DNA of 40,906 bases, taken from the NCBI GenBank assembly GCA_035497855.1, contig DATKAS010000268.1, positions 1-40,906 of the forward strand, given 5' to 3'. Source of the stretch: Acidimicrobiales bacterium (GTDB lineage: Bacteria > Actinomycetota > Acidimicrobiia > Acidimicrobiales > DATKAS01). The notes under the pieces are model-generated. The model did no database searches and was not told where the DNA came from. It worked only from the letters and a program-made list of their open reading frames with translations. The translations under genes were made by a program, and so were the position numbers. Numbering within the stretch: the first letter of the stretch is position 1; each line of letters opens with the position of its first letter. This document shows, piece after piece, positions 8,257 to 15,550 of the stretch.

Positions 8257-9600
8257 TCAGCCCAGGAAGTCGGTCGCGAGGGCGTGCCACATCTCGGTCG
8301 AGAGGCGGAGTGACTCTTGGTCGACGCGCTCGTCGTCCCCGTGGAACATGACGCCATAGTCCTCGAAGGTCATGTTGCGGCTGAACAGGCCGAAGCCGTA
8401 CGCCGCAGCGCCGGCGCGGCGGAAGAAGCGAGCGTCGGTGCCGCCGACGGTGAGGAACGGGACGAGCTTGCCGTCGGGATAGAAGCCGCGGCTGACGCGT
8501 TCCATCGCGTCCCACATCGGCGTGTCGAACGGTGACGCGGTCGGCCCGTCGTCGTTGAACGACACGAGCTGCACCGAGCCCGAGAGGTCGCCGAGCGCTT
8601 CGTCGAGCATCGCTCGCACCTCGGTCTCGCCCTGGCCGGGCAACGTGCGGATGTCGACCGTGAGGTCGATCGTGTCGGGGATGACGTTCGTCTTCGTGCC
8701 GCCGTGGATGATCGTCGGCGCGAACGTCGTGTGCGTGCATGCGTGGAACTCACGGGCCATCGCGAGCGGAAGCTCGTCGCACAGCGCCACGAGCTGGTCG
8801 GGATCGAGCAGCTGGTCCACGATCTCCTGGGGCAGCCCGATGTCGGTGACGAACCTTCGCCAGGTGTCGTGGAGCTGCGTCTCCGGCTTGTACTCCGCGA
8901 GGCGGCGCACGACTTCGGCGGCCTTGACCAGCGCGTTGTCGGTGCGGAGCGGCATCGACGCGTGGCCCGGGGTACCGGTGACCCGCAACGTGCTCCAGAA
9001 CGTGCCCTTCTCGCCGACGATGACCGGCAGGCGCACGCCCGCGCCGAGATCCATCGGGAACCCCCCGGCCTCGGTCAGGACGTAGTCCGCGACGACGTGA
9101 TCGCGCTCGTGCTGCACGAGGTAGTCAGCGCCGTAGGTGCCCAGCGCCTCCTCGTCGGCCACACCGAGGTAGATGAGCGTGCCCTTGGGCCTGAACCCAG
9201 ACGTCGCGAGGTGCTTGAAGGCGACTGCCATCGAGGCGGTGAGGTTCAGCATGTCGACGGCCCCGCGTCCCCACACCTCGCCGTCGATGACCTCGCCCCC
9301 GAACGGATCGTGCCGCCAGCGCTCTTCGTTCACGGGCACGACGTCTGTGTGGCCCATCAGCAGCAGACTCGGGGCGGAGGGGTCGGATCCCTCGATGCGA
9401 GCCACGAGGTTTGCTCGGCCGGGAGCTGCTTCGAACTGCTCGAGGTCGAGGCCCGTGCCCTCCAGGTAGGTGGCCAGGACATCGGCGCTCGCCGTCTCGC
9501 CCCCCGACTCCTCCGTGCCGTCGTTGACGCATGCGTTGCGGATGAGCTGCTGGAGGAGCTCGGTCACCTCGCCCGTCACGTCGCCGGTGAGATCGTCCAT
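8257..9600 (-). CDS. M20/M25/M40 family metallopeptidase (dipeptidase/deacylase-like)
   Basis: Internal ATG at 9600 (MDDLTGDVTGEVTELLQQLIRNAC). Metal-ligand blocks LLMGHTDVVP, GRGAVDM and GVADEE. 447 aa. The upstream part of the listed ORF is non-coding-looking. Confidence 0.85.
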   Translation of the reverse strand: MDDLTGDVTGEVTELLQQLIRNACVNDGTEESGGETASADVLATYLEGTGLDLEQFEAAPGRANLVARIEGSDPSAPSLLLMGHTDVVPVNEERWRHDPFGGEVIDGEVWGRGAVDMLNLTASMAVAFKHLATSGFRPKGTLIYLGVADEEALGTYGADYLVQHERDHVVADYVLTEAGGFPMDLGAGVRLPVIVGEKGTFWSTLRVTGTPGHASMPLRTDNALVKAAEVVRRLAEYKPETQLHDTWRRFVTDIGLPQEIVDQLLDPDQLVALCDELPLAMAREFHACTHTTFAPTIIHGGTKTNVIPDTIDLTVDIRTLPGQGETEVRAMLDEALGDLSGSVQLVSFNDDGPTASPFDTPMWDAMERVSRGFYPDGKLVPFLTVGGTDARFFRRAGAAAYGFGLFSRNMTFEDYGVMFHGDDERVDQESLRLSTEMWHALATDFLG

Positions 9601-9607
9601 GGCTGGC

Positions 9608-9613
9608 ACCTTA
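9608..9613 (-). promoter_or_regulatory. candidate -10 hexamer TAAGGT, 7 nt upstream of the peptidase ATG (leaderless-type)
   Basis: The minus strand reads taaggt-gccagcc-ATG. No SD sequence. Confidence 0.35.
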
Positions 9614-9666
9614 GGCGGGCCCTGTGGCGGGGCGTCCCGCCGAGGGATGGTTGACTGAGGGCCGCC

Positions 9667-10857
9667 ATGGCCCGGAACCTGCCCCGCCACGTCGTCGTCG
9701 ACGGCTCGAACATCGCAACCGAAGGCCGCTCCCACCCGAGCCTCAAACAGCTCGACGAAGCGGTGCGAGCCTTCATGGCCGAGAACCCCGACCACACCGT
9801 CACCGTCGTGGTCGATGCCACGTTCGGTCATCGCATCGACAAGGGTGAGGTCGCTGCGTTCGACACCGCGATCGACGAGAACGAGCTCGTGTCACCGCCG
9901 GCGGGCGCGATCGGTCGCGGCGACGCGTTCGTGCTCCAGATCGCGGACAAGGCCGACGCGTTGGTGCTGTCGAACGACAGCTTCCAGGAGTTCCACGGCG
10001 AGTACGAGTGGCTCTTCGACGAGGGCCGTCTGATGGGCGGCAAGCCAGTTCCCCACGTGGGCTGGGTGTTCGTGCTCCGCAGCCCGGTGCGCGGTCCGAC
10101 CAGTCGCCGTGCGGTGCGCACCGCGAAGAAGGTGGAACGCGCCCCGGCGAAGAAGTCTGCCGGGCGACCGTCGGCCGCGGCGTCCGCGCCGATGCCCGTG
10201 CCGAAGACGCCCCCGCCGTCCAAGCGAAAGGCGGCCGAGCCGGCCGCCGCGGCGAAGCCTGCTGCTGCGGTCGATCAGAAGCGCAAGCCGGCCGACGCCC
10301 TGAATCCCCTCCTTCCGTTCGTCGAGTTCGTCGCGCACCATCCCGTGGGCTCGTCGATCGACGCGACCGTCGAGTCGTTCTCGTCGCACGGCGCGTACGC
10401 GACTGCAGAGTCCGTGCGCTGCTACATCCCGCTTCGCTACCTCGGCAAGCCGGCGCCGCGGAGCGCCCGCGAGGTGCTCACGCTCGGAGCGACGTTGCCG
10501 TTCACCGTGGTGTCGATCGCGGCGGGCCGTCGTGGCGTCGACCTCGCGCTGCCCGGCTTCGAGCCAGATGGTGTCGTGAAGCCGGACGCGGTGGCGGTCG
10601 GGAAGAAGGCCGCCCCGAAGAAGGCCGCCCCGAAGAAGGCCGCGGCGAAGAAGGGTGCGGCGAAGAAGGCCGCAGCGAAGAAGGAGAGCGCGCCGAAGGA
10701 ACTTGCCGCGAAGGAGGCTCCCGCAAGGCACGCTCCGGTGAAGAAGGCGGCGGTGCCGAAGAAGGCGGTGGCGAAGAAGGCAGCGGCACCTTCCGCGAAG
10801 AAGGTGGCCGCTCCCAAGAAGGCTGCTGCGAAGAAGGCTGCTGCGCCGTCAGCCTGA
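9667..10857 (+). CDS. Zc3h12a/Regnase-like NYN ribonuclease domain fused to an S1-like OB domain and a Lys/Ala-rich histone-H1-like tail
   Basis: aa 1-140: RHVVVDGSNIA...VTVVVDA...GRGDAFVLQIADKADALVLSNDSFQEF...EWLFDEGRLMG is collinear with the Zc3h12a NYN core (VVIDGSNVA ... DDRF ... VSND ... RLL). aa about 215-300: VGSSIDATVESFSSHGAYA...GATLPFTVVSIAAGRRGVDLAL fits the S1/OB pattern. aa about 305-396 are (A/P)KKAA repeats. Confidence 0.7.
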   Translation: MARNLPRHVVVDGSNIATEGRSHPSLKQLDEAVRAFMAENPDHTVTVVVDATFGHRIDKGEVAAFDTAIDENELVSPPAGAIGRGDAFVLQIADKADALVLSNDSFQEFHGEYEWLFDEGRLMGGKPVPHVGWVFVLRSPVRGPTSRRAVRTAKKVERAPAKKSAGRPSAAASAPMPVPKTPPPSKRKAAEPAAAAKPAAAVDQKRKPADALNPLLPFVEFVAHHPVGSSIDATVESFSSHGAYATAESVRCYIPLRYLGKPAPRSAREVLTLGATLPFTVVSIAAGRRGVDLALPGFEPDGVVKPDAVAVGKKAAPKKAAPKKAAAKKGAAKKAAAKKESAPKELAAKEAPARHAPVKKAAVPKKAVAKKAAAPSAKKVAAPKKAAAKKAAAPSA

Positions 10858-11451
10858 GGTTCGAGGCTTGCTCATCCGCTCGACCCAGATCGCGATCGAT
10901 TCGTGATCCTGCACGCCGGGGATCAGCAGCCGGCCGTCGAGGAGCCACGCCGGCGTGCCGCTCACGCCTGCCTCGTGCGCGGCCTCCATCGACGCGCGGA
11001 GCTCTGCGATGCCCTCACCCGCATCGAGTGCGGCGGTCACCGCCTGCGCATCGACGCCTGTCCGGGCGAGCACCTGTCCCAGCACGGCAGCGTCACCGAT
11101 GTCCTCGCCGGTCACGAACACCGCTTCGAACAGCGCCCGATCGACGGCCGGGAACGCTTCGGGCCATTGCGTCCGCACGACCTCTGCCGCCCGCAACGCG
11201 AGCCGAGTGTTGGGGATGTGCTCGGGCGGGTTGAACGGGAGGCCGACGGTGTCGCATTCGGTCCCGATGTACGCGAGCACCTCCGCAAGTCGCCCGTTCC
11301 TCGACACGCGCCGTCCGACAGGGGGAAGCTCGGGATGCAGGTCGTAGGGAAGCGGGGTCACACTGACACCCAGTCGCTCGAACAACGCGGTGCGATCGCG
11401 CCCGAGGTAGCACCACGGGCACAGGTAGTCGCTCCAGACCACTGCCTGCAC
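10849..11451 (-). CDS. DsbA-family thiol:disulfide oxidoreductase (FrnE / 2-hydroxychromene-2-carboxylate isomerase-like)
   Basis: GTG at 11451 (VQAVVWSDYLCPWCYLG) with a CPWC active site near the N-terminus. The C-terminal GVSGTPAWLLDG block is typical of DsbA-like proteins. 200 aa. The rest of ORF 10849..12234 is antisense to xthA. Confidence 0.8.
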   Translation of the reverse strand: MQAVVWSDYLCPWCYLGRDRTALFERLGVSVTPLPYDLHPELPPVGRRVSRNGRLAEVLAYIGTECDTVGLPFNPPEHIPNTRLALRAAEVVRTQWPEAFPAVDRALFEAVFVTGEDIGDAAVLGQVLARTGVDAQAVTAALDAGEGIAELRASMEAAHEAGVSGTPAWLLDGRLLIPGVQDHESIAIWVERMSKPRTSG

Positions 11452-11458
11452 CCGGAGG

Positions 11459-11464
11459 AGGCTA
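11459..11464 (-). promoter_or_regulatory. candidate -10 hexamer TAGCCT, 7 nt upstream of the DsbA-like GTG (leaderless-type)
   Basis: The minus strand reads tagcct-cctccgg-GTG. Confidence 0.35.
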
Positions 11465-11477
11465 CTGGTGCCCCGGG

Positions 11478-11483
11478 TAAGGT
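11478..11483 (+). promoter_or_regulatory. candidate -10 hexamer TAAGGT, 7 nt upstream of the xthA GTG (leaderless-type)
   Basis: The plus strand reads taaggt-cgacctc-GTG. It lies 13 bp from the opposing -10 candidate. Confidence 0.35.
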
Positions 11484-11490
11484 CGACCTC

Positions 11491-12270
11491 GTGCGCGTCG
11501 CCACGTGGAACGTCAACTCGCTGAAGGCTCGGCTGCCGCGGGTCGAGGAGTGGCTGTCCATCGGCGACCCCGATGTCGTGTGCATGCAGGAGACCAAGCT
11601 CGCCGATTCGGCATTCCCCGCGATGACCTTCCAAGCGCTCGGCTACGAAGCGGTGCACGTCGGGGAAGGGCGGTGGAATGGCGTCGCGATCCTGAGCCGT
11701 GTCGGCCTCGACGACGTGGTCGCGGGCTTCCACGACGGTGCGCCCGCAGACGCCGAGGCGCGGCTCGTCACGGCGACGTGCGGCGGCGTGCGCATCACCT
11801 CGGTCTACGTGCCGAACGGCCGGTCGATCGACCACGAGCAGTACCAGTACAAGCTCGCGTGGTTGAAGCGGCTGCGCGCGCACGTCGCGGCGACGTCGGT
11901 GCCCGACGACGACGTGATCGTCTGCGGCGACTTCAACATCGCGCCGGAGGACCGCGACGTGTACGACGCCGCGAAGTACGTCGACACGACGCACACGAGC
12001 CCCGCGGAGCGCGCGGCGCTCGAGGACATCGAGGAGTGGGGTCTCGTCGACGTGTTCCGTGAGCTCTACACCGAAGACCGACTGTTCTCCTGGTGGGACT
12101 ACCGAGCAGGCGACTTCCACGAAGGGCGCGGCATGCGCATCGACCTGATGCTCGCCAGCCAGTCGATGGCGAAGCGGGTGCGGTGGGGTCTCATCGATCG
12201 CAACGCGCGGAAGGGCACGCAGCCATCCGACCACGCGCCCCTCGTCATCGACTTCGACGATCGCGGGTGA
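11491..12270 (+). CDS. xthA: exodeoxyribonuclease III
   Basis: GTG at 11491 gives VRVATWNVNSLKARL, which aligns with the XthA N-terminus (MKFVSFNINGLRAR). Motifs CMQETK, GDFNIAP and SDHAPLVIDF. 259 aa. Confidence 0.9.
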   Translation: MRVATWNVNSLKARLPRVEEWLSIGDPDVVCMQETKLADSAFPAMTFQALGYEAVHVGEGRWNGVAILSRVGLDDVVAGFHDGAPADAEARLVTATCGGVRITSVYVPNGRSIDHEQYQYKLAWLKRLRAHVAATSVPDDDVIVCGDFNIAPEDRDVYDAAKYVDTTHTSPAERAALEDIEEWGLVDVFRELYTEDRLFSWWDYRAGDFHEGRGMRIDLMLASQSMAKRVRWGLIDRNARKGTQPSDHAPLVIDFDDRG

Positions 12271-13001
12271 CCGTGGCTGATCTCACCGACCCTTCGCCGT
12301 ACCACGAGCGGTTCATGCTCTCGGCCGATGCCGAGATCTCGCCTCGGCGTGCGGATCTGCATCGCCTCGCGGACGCGCTTCGCGTCGCGATCGAGTGCCT
12401 GATGGACACGCAGGCACCGCACGACGCGCTCGTCGATGCCGCCGATCAGGCCGAGGCGCTTGCCGAGCTCCTCCGAGCACAACCTCGGGGCCGCACGGTC
12501 GAGGGATGGGCCGAGGTCGCGAACGCGGGCGACACGTTCGGGTTCTTCGACTTCTCGCCGGTGTTCGGTCGTGCCAACCCGCTCGCGCCTCCCGTCGAGA
12601 TGGAGCTGGACGGCGACGAGGTGCGCGGGCGCGTGCGCTGGGGTGCCGCCTACGAGGGCCCGCCCGGATGCGTGCACGGGGGTCACATCGCTGCGGCTTT
12701 CGACGAGGTGCTCGGCATGACGCAGTCGCTCGCGGGCGCGCCGGGCATGACCGGCATCCTCTCGATCAAGTACCGCAGCCCGACGCCGTTGCACACCGAC
12801 CTCGACTTCACCGCTCGGGTCGCTCGCGTCGACGGCCGCAAGATCTACACGGAGGGCGTGCTCCGCAACGGAGACGTGGTGTGCGCCGAGGGCGAGGCGC
12901 TCTTCATCTCGGTCGACTTCTCGAAGTTCGAGCAGATGCGCGCGCAGGTGAACGGCCCTCAAGCAAACGACGACACGAGGTCGAGCACCTCGTCGCCGTA
13001 G
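12267..13001 (+). CDS. PaaI-family (hotdog-fold) thioesterase with a helical N-terminal extension
   Basis: GTG at 12267 overlaps the xthA TGA (GTGA). Hotdog core GPPGCVHGGHIAAAFDEVLG...ILSIKYRSP...GRKIYTEGVL...GEALFI. The last 43 bp overlap the convergent helicase gene. Confidence 0.75.
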   Translation: MTVADLTDPSPYHERFMLSADAEISPRRADLHRLADALRVAIECLMDTQAPHDALVDAADQAEALAELLRAQPRGRTVEGWAEVANAGDTFGFFDFSPVFGRANPLAPPVEMELDGDEVRGRVRWGAAYEGPPGCVHGGHIAAAFDEVLGMTQSLAGAPGMTGILSIKYRSPTPLHTDLDFTARVARVDGRKIYTEGVLRNGDVVCAEGEALFISVDFSKFEQMRAQVNGPQANDDTRSSTSSP

Positions 13002-14965
13002 CGCTCGAGCTTCACTGGTCCGATGCCGGGCACTGCCCGCAGCGCGGTCTTCGTGCGCGGCCGCGTCTCGACGATCGCCGCGAGCGTCTTGTCGTCGAAG
13101 ATCGTGTACGCGGGCGTCTCCGCGGCCCTCGCGCGCGCTCGGCGCCACTCCTTCAGGGCGTGCAGCAACGGATCGTGTCCCGAGCTGCTGCGCTCGCGTG
13201 CTGCTTCGAGCGTGCGCCGCGCTGCTCGTGCCGACGCGCGGCTGTCGCTCGCCGGCACGCCGGTGCGCATGGCCTCGCATTCGGCCTCGATGCCGGCGAG
13301 GAGCGGCGACGGTGAGCGGTTGACCGCCCGAGCGCCGAAGGTGCGCTGCTCGGCCCACGTGAGGTGCAGCTCGCGCTCTGCGCGTGTGAGCGCGACGTAG
13401 AGCAGTCGCGTCTCTTCGGCGAGCGCTTCGGACGAGGTCGCCTGACCGATCGGGACCAGCCCGCGCTCGAGCCCCGTGACGACGACCACCGGCCATTCGA
13501 GCCCCTTCGCGCGGTGGAAGGTGACGAGGTCGACGGCGTCGGCGTCCGCGGAGATGTCGTCGGTGCGCAACATCGCGCCGATCCAGTCGGCGAAGCCGTC
13601 CGAGGTGCCGGTCGGGTCGAGCGCGAGGTACTCGTGGGCGAGGCGCACGAGCTCGGCGAGGTTGCGTCGGCGCTCGTCGGCGAGGCCATCGCCGACGCGC
13701 GCCTGCTCGTCGTCGCCCTCGTCGTCGACGTCGTCGAGGATCGCTTCGAGGTCGGCGAGGCGGGGAGCGAGCGGGTGTGCGCCGCGATGGCGGGGATCGC
13801 GGATCCACGAACGCACTTCGGGTTGCTCGAGCAGGCTGCCACCCCCGCGCACGCGGCAGGGGACGCGCGCCGCCCGCAGCGCTTCTTCCAGGATTGCGAG
13901 CTGCGCGTTGGTGCGGGCGAGGACCGCGAGGTGACGCCATCCCATCGTCGGCCCGCGCCGGTCACGAAGGCGACGCGCGACAGCAGCGGCCTCCGCGGCG
14001 TCGGTGGGGAACGCGGTGATCGACGGCACCGGACCGTCGCCCTGCACGGTGCGCCGCACCGGGCGCTCGAGCACGCTCGATGCCAGCCGGACGATCTGGG
14101 GTGACGACCGGTAGTTGGTGTCGAGGCGCACGATCGTGCAGCCGGGGTAGCGCTGCGCGAAGTCGGTGAGCGCGCTCGTGTCGGCTCCGTTCCAGCCGTA
14201 GATCGCCTGATCCGGATCTCCGACGACGCAGAGGTCGGGACGCTCGGAGCGCCACGCTTCGAGCAAGTGCAGCTGCAGGGGGTTGATGTCCTGGAACTCG
14301 TCGACGAACAGATGGCGGAACTTCCAGTGCTGCACGGCGGCGAAGTCGCGATCGTCACGCATCGCTCGTGCGCATTGGATGAGGACATCGTCGAAGTCGA
14401 TGAGAGAGCGCTCCCGCTTCTGACGCTCGTAGCGCTCGTAGATCGATGCGACGAGCGTCGCTGCGAGCGGGGGACGACGGCCCGCTTCGTCGCACGCGGC
14501 CGCGTACGCGCCCGGGTTGATCATGCGCGCCTTCGCCCACTCGATCTCGGCGGCGACATCGGCCGGCTGCACGTACTGGGAGGCGCCCCCGCGCTTGGTG
14601 GCCTGGCTGACGAGTGGAGCGAGCAGCCCGACCTTGCGATCGAGGATCGTCGGGGGAGCGGTGCCCGCTTCGTGCCAGCGCTGCCGCAGCTGCGCGAGGG
14701 CGATGGCGTGGAACGTGCCTGCGTGGGCGTGCCCGCGCAATCCGAGCGCCCCGAGGCGGGCGCTGAGCTCGCTCGCAGCCTTGCGGGTGAACGTGATGAC
14801 CAGGACGTGGCCCGCGTCGGCGGTGCCTGTCGCGAGCCGATGCGCCACCCGGCGCGTGAGGACCCGGGTCTTGCCGGCTCCGGGGCCGGCGAGGATGCAC
14901 AGCGGCGCCCCGGGGCTGGTCACCGCGGCGCGCTGGTCCGCGTCGAGGTCGTCGAGCAGCTCCAT
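12959..14965 (-). CDS. UvrD/PcrA-family ATP-dependent DNA helicase with C-terminal HRDC-like domain (UvrD2-like)
   Basis: 668 aa. Q-motif region DADQRAAV, Walker A AGPGAGKT, VDEFQD, GDPDQAIYGWNGA, TNYRSSPQI and TFHRAKGLEWPVV. The C-terminal LLHALKEWRRARA...PAYTIFDDKTLAAI...GIGPVKLERYG resembles HRDC. Confidence 0.9.
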   Translation of the reverse strand: MELLDDLDADQRAAVTSPGAPLCILAGPGAGKTRVLTRRVAHRLATGTADAGHVLVITFTRKAASELSARLGALGLRGHAHAGTFHAIALAQLRQRWHEAGTAPPTILDRKVGLLAPLVSQATKRGGASQYVQPADVAAEIEWAKARMINPGAYAAACDEAGRRPPLAATLVASIYERYERQKRERSLIDFDDVLIQCARAMRDDRDFAAVQHWKFRHLFVDEFQDINPLQLHLLEAWRSERPDLCVVGDPDQAIYGWNGADTSALTDFAQRYPGCTIVRLDTNYRSSPQIVRLASSVLERPVRRTVQGDGPVPSITAFPTDAAEAAAVARRLRDRRGPTMGWRHLAVLARTNAQLAILEEALRAARVPCRVRGGGSLLEQPEVRSWIRDPRHRGAHPLAPRLADLEAILDDVDDEGDDEQARVGDGLADERRRNLAELVRLAHEYLALDPTGTSDGFADWIGAMLRTDDISADADAVDLVTFHRAKGLEWPVVVVTGLERGLVPIGQATSSEALAEETRLLYVALTRAERELHLTWAEQRTFGARAVNRSPSPLLAGIEAECEAMRTGVPASDSRASARAARRTLEAARERSSSGHDPLLHALKEWRRARARAAETPAYTIFDDKTLAAIVETRPRTKTALRAVPGIGPVKLERYGDEVLDLVSSFA

Positions 14966-15016
14966 CAGGTCACCGCGTCCATCAGTTCACCGCGTCCATC
15001 AGGTCACCGCGTCCAT
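14966..15016 (-). repeat. 17-nt tandem repeat x3 (ATGGACGCGGTGA[C/A]CTG on the minus strand) abutting the helicase ATG; encodes three chained 5-codon mini-ORFs
   Basis: The minus strand reads ATGGACGCGGTGACCTG ATGGACGCGGTGAACTG ATGGACGCGGTGACCTG ATGGAGCTGCTC. Each unit is ATG GAC GCG GTG A(C/A)C TGA, and its TGA overlaps the next ATG (TGATG). The fourth ATG is the helicase start (14965). Confidence 0.9.
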
Positions 15017-15022
15017 CGGATC

Positions 15023-15028
15023 ACCATA
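15023..15028 (-). promoter_or_regulatory. candidate -10 hexamer TATGGT, 6 nt upstream of the first mini-ORF ATG
   Basis: The minus strand reads tatggt-gatccg-ATG. This spacing matches the other leaderless-type starts in the window. It sits inside the inverted repeat cacca-N11-tggtg (15022-15042). Confidence 0.35.
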
Positions 15029-15080
15029 GGGAGGGGGTGGTGCACTGCCCGCGACCGGTCATGTCACTGTCCCCAGGGCC

Positions 15081-15089
15081 TGTGGAAAA
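15081..15089 (-). promoter_or_regulatory. isolated DnaA-box-like 9-mer TTTTCCACA
   Basis: The plus strand reads tgtggaaaa. One mismatch to TTATCCACA. Same orientation as the array at 15551-15625. Confidence 0.25.
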
Positions 15090-15550
15090 CACCGCGAACG
15101 CAAGGTGGGCGGGGGCGGAGCCTGGGCAAAACGCGGTTCGGCCCCGAGTAGCCTTCCGGCCGAAGCCGTCCGCACTCCTCGGGGCCGCACCCCGTTCCAC
15201 GTCTCGTCGCTTCCGTCGCACCTCGCGGCACTCCGGCGCTCCGGGCGCCCCCTGGCCGCCGTGCCTGCCCACTTTCGTGGACCCACCCGGCGGTGGGCGA
15301 CGCCTTCGACGTGACTCGTCCCGCACACCTCCGCACCACCCCGCCCGAGAGCCACGAGCTCTGCCTGGCTTTCGCCCCACAGCCCCCGCTTCCCCCGAGC
15401 CGGGCGCTCGCTTTCGGGCTCATCACCCTGCTGCGTGCTGCCCGCCACCCGGGTCTCCCCGTGCGGCGTGCGGTGCATTGCGCATCCGGTGGCGTCACTT
15501 TGCCGATTCGCAACACAACCGTCAAGAGAATTTCGGCAACTTTCGACATC

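Noticed and set aside
10580-10857. DNA-level repeats (aagaaggccgc...) as a satellite or mobile-element remnant
   Set aside because: They are in frame and encode the AKKA low-complexity tail of the NYN/S1 protein, so they are coding repeats and not an independent element.
14966-15025. CRISPR array or iterons as an explanation for the 17-bp repeats
   Set aside because: The repeats are directly contiguous with no spacers, and there are only about 3.5 copies. No cas genes or replication initiator gene are nearby.
15017-15120. SOS (LexA) box or RecA-NDp/PafBC-type motif upstream of the helicase
   Set aside because: I looked for TCGAAC-N4-GTTCGA and for TGTCRGTG-N8-TANNNT. Only a partial GACAGTG is present, without a correctly spaced -10, so there is no convincing match.
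15022-15137. 6C sRNA (two hairpins with C-rich loops)
   Set aside because: Two C-rich loop candidates exist on the minus strand, but they are about 75 nt apart. One overlaps the helicase promoter, and the stems are short. The arrangement does not match the compact two-hairpin 6C architecture as I remember it, so it needs cmscan.
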